Source: Macrostomum lignano | Lineage: Eukaryota | NCBI GenBank assembly: GCA_002269645.1 | Contig: NIVC01001117.1 | Coordinates: 111,039 to 175,038, forward strand | Direction of reading: 5' to 3' | Length of the DNA: 64,000 nt | Shown here: piece after piece, positions 61,151-64,000 of the stretch | Numbering within the stretch: the first letter of the stretch is position 1 | Layout of the letters: each line of letters begins with the position of its first letter | Position numbers and translations under genes: made by a program | The notes under the pieces: model-generated | Databases searched by the model: none | Seen by the model: the letters and a program-made list of their open reading frames with translations, nothing else | Told to the model about the DNA's origin: nothing

Positions 61151-64000
61151 AGTTCTATTGCAATAGATTTGATGATTGCATACTTTGCTCAGTTGTCTTC
61201 TTGTACTGATATTTTAGATTATTACCAGTTTTATTTTACAACTAAGTTTGTGCACATTCTAGTTTCAATTTGTTTGCGTACATGCTACTTATCGAGTAGT
61301 TGTACAAGCGGATGGTTATTGACTTGTCTTACTAAAAAAAGATGTTTTCAATTGACATTTTAAATTTCCCTCACGCGTATTCTCATTTTATTCATCAAAT
61401 GTACTCTTATTCATAGATGTTCTTTATTGTTTTAGGTTATAGTAACTCCGAGGCAAGCCTTAACTTGTTAGCTAGGCTGCTCAAAATTCCAGTTATGTAC
61501 CAGGTCTTTCTCTGGTTTTCTGCTTATTAAATCTCTTGCACTGCTGCTTAATGTGTGCTTATTGTGATTTCGTCTGTGCTATACCGTTATTATATGCTTT
61601 CCTAGATACATTCAAGTTAAAACAGCGTGTGACAGAAATGTTACAGAACGTAAAGCTATTAGCATCATAGCGAGATTATTCGGCAATTTTAAAAAAATTA
61701 TTAATTGCCTAGACTAATACAGTGTTATGCATGCATTTTTATTGTCTTCTCGGATTAAACGTTCGGGTAATTTTGTACATAAGCTTGTACCTTGTGTGCT
61801 ACATTCTTGGTAAAAAATTATTTACGTTATCAAAATTACTTCGCTATCAATCAAAGAGTATGCTGTGTTTTAATGCAACTCTGGTCTGTTGCTTTGTATA
61901 TATATACGAGTAAATATCAACTTTTTAATAAGCCTTCTGATTTTGAGTATTTCGATCATTTTTAGCTCCGATATTTGATAATATACGGTGTAGTACAAAT
62001 TTATTAATTGGAATAGCGTTTGCAAATAGCAGAGCTGCGGTTGATTGAAAAAATTATTTTGAAGTTTCTAATGGTAGTATAATTTTCGTTTAAAAACCCG
62101 ATAAATCTACGTCCTATGTAGTTCAAATTGTTACAGCAGTTCCTTGTGTCGAGTGCCAAGTAACAACAATGCCAGTGATAAGCCAGAAATACATACAGTT
62201 CTCGTGCGAACACTCCGCCAGTTTTTTAAATTTATTCAAGAATACAAGCGGAATTACAAATTTTCACCCTGTATTAGGAGAAATGGTATTGATTAGACAT
62301 GCAATTTCCAAATGACGTAACGTATTGTGTAACAGCGAAATTAACACTGCGAAGTTTTTACAACGAAGTTGACAAATCAGCAATTATGTGGAATATGAAA
62401 GCCATTTCTACATTATACGCATCATCAAGTTAAAAAAACGATTTTTGACCCCTGATTCTATAAATCAAGATTGACCAGATTTCATTTTTACTCGTACTCG
62501 GGCGTTAACTGAAACTACGCTCGTAGTTTTACAGCTTAAAAATGTTGAACTTTATCTTTCTAGAAAAACCAATACCCTGTATTTAACTATTCGAAAATAA
62601 GATAAGCAAAGTCGGTATTTAGTTTAGTTGACAGTTGAATAGTACTAAATTAAATGTGAATAAAAGTGAATAGGCATTTCCAAAGCAAATTGTAACATCG
62701 TTAATAACGATACGCACTATAGATTTAGAATTCCGCGTTTCTTACGTATGAAACATTCGCCGACACTTATTCAGACACTTCTACAGACACTTTAGTTTCT
62801 GTCGTACGGTTAGGAACAAGCATTAAATTTGTCTAGGACACTTCCTAATTCATATTTAATGAAATAAAGCAGTCCATGCATAGTTTTAATTTTGAAATTT
62901 TGTTTTTGTGCACTCGTTCCAGACTTTCAAATTATGGCTTTTATCGCGTAGCGTGCACATGCATCGTGTACAACGATTAGCTGCAGTGTGCTAAATAGTT
63001 CACTGAGGTATTAAAAGCGTACAAGGAGACGAACCTCAAGTATTTGTACATTTTAGTTGAAGTTAAAAGTTCAAGCTTTTAGTGAATCATTGGAAAATAA
63101 AACTATCCGTTTTAAATCGTGCAACATATTGTTTTGTCTCGGACATTTGTGACACTGTCACTTAGGGTTGCAAGGTTTTTAAAAGAGAAACTGTTGCTTT
63201 TCCAATGCTGAAGTATTTGTGTTGTATTGATCAGGGTTTTTCGTCAAAATTTGGATGCATGTATACATCTAAACATGTATATGCAGATGGAAATATAATA
63301 ATCAAGATGCCATATGTATATTTGCCAACATTTTCAGATTTTGTATAAAAATGATCAAGGTTGAGGATTACCCTATGGTATAACTGTTTTCTCCATTTTA
63401 CTATTTCAAAGTGCCCACGTGAAGTTAGATTTAGCATGCCAGCCTTAAAAAATAAAAAAATCTACATAGTGTATAATTGTATACTCTTTTATTTAAGGCT
63501 ATATTATATTCCCAATATATTTGCTTAGATAAATCAAAAAGTATTTACTTTACTTGAAAAAATAATGTTCACTACAAATATTTCAATGTAGAAACCAGGA
63601 AACATAAACCTATCAAGTCTTATATAGAAATGAAGGATAAAGATATGGATAGAATATAATAAAGCCATTGTGGGCATTAAATATAAAACAAAAGAATCAC
63701 TTAAGGCAAAATGTGAAAAAAGTGAATTTTTGGCATGCTCCATGAAAAGAGGCTTATAATTTGAAATATTTTTGCTTTTGTTTGACAAAAAATATGTATA
63801 GATTTATACTTTTGGGCAAGGTTTATTTTCTCTTAAAATTCTAATTGTAAATTTGCCAGTAAGCTTAAAAATTGTTGTAAGTTGAAGCTCAAATAAAATT
63901 TGTCTTAACTCCAATCTGACTTTCCAAAGTAAATCCCTAAATTATTTGTTACAATTGCTTTTAAAAACTTGCCATTTCATTCATTCATTGATCAAAATTT

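Overview
Eukaryotic (metazoan) genomic DNA. GC-rich, poly-Q/poly-A-rich exons are embedded in minisatellite-packed introns and AT-rich transposon graveyards. This style suggests a free-living flatworm such as Macrostomum (inference, not provable from sequence alone). Host genes: an intronless Orange-less HES/E(spl)-type bHLH-WRPW gene (8518-8982 +); the last exon of a FAM53/simplet-like gene (16190-16906 -); two tandem RPLP1 copies with identical proteins (33444-33791, 35983-36330 +); FIG4 phosphoinositide 5-phosphatase (4 main exons, 36768-45882 +, with a GC-AG intron); a 2-exon orphan type-I membrane protein with a TSP1-like motif (47189-48418 +); and hormone-sensitive lipase (3 exons, 53395-60336 +). 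Mobile elements: an Ingi/I-group-like LINE (1-3517 -) with 2A-like peptide, 2 PHD fingers, APE and RT; an intact DD34D mariner with TIRs and TA TSD (30166-31511); a decayed mariner next to it; a decayed CMC-EnSpm/CACTA element inside FIG4 intron 2 (~38605-43670); and a MITE. About 20 tandem arrays are present. Most interesting: the LINE 5' end (candidate HDV-like ribozyme plus DVERNPGP 2A-like motif beside an (AAC)n tract), a perfect K-box in the HES 3'UTR, an invertebrate FAM53-like protein, the RPLP1-FIG4 operon/SL-AUG possibility, and a CpG-decayed 28S rDNA fragment covering the R2 target site.
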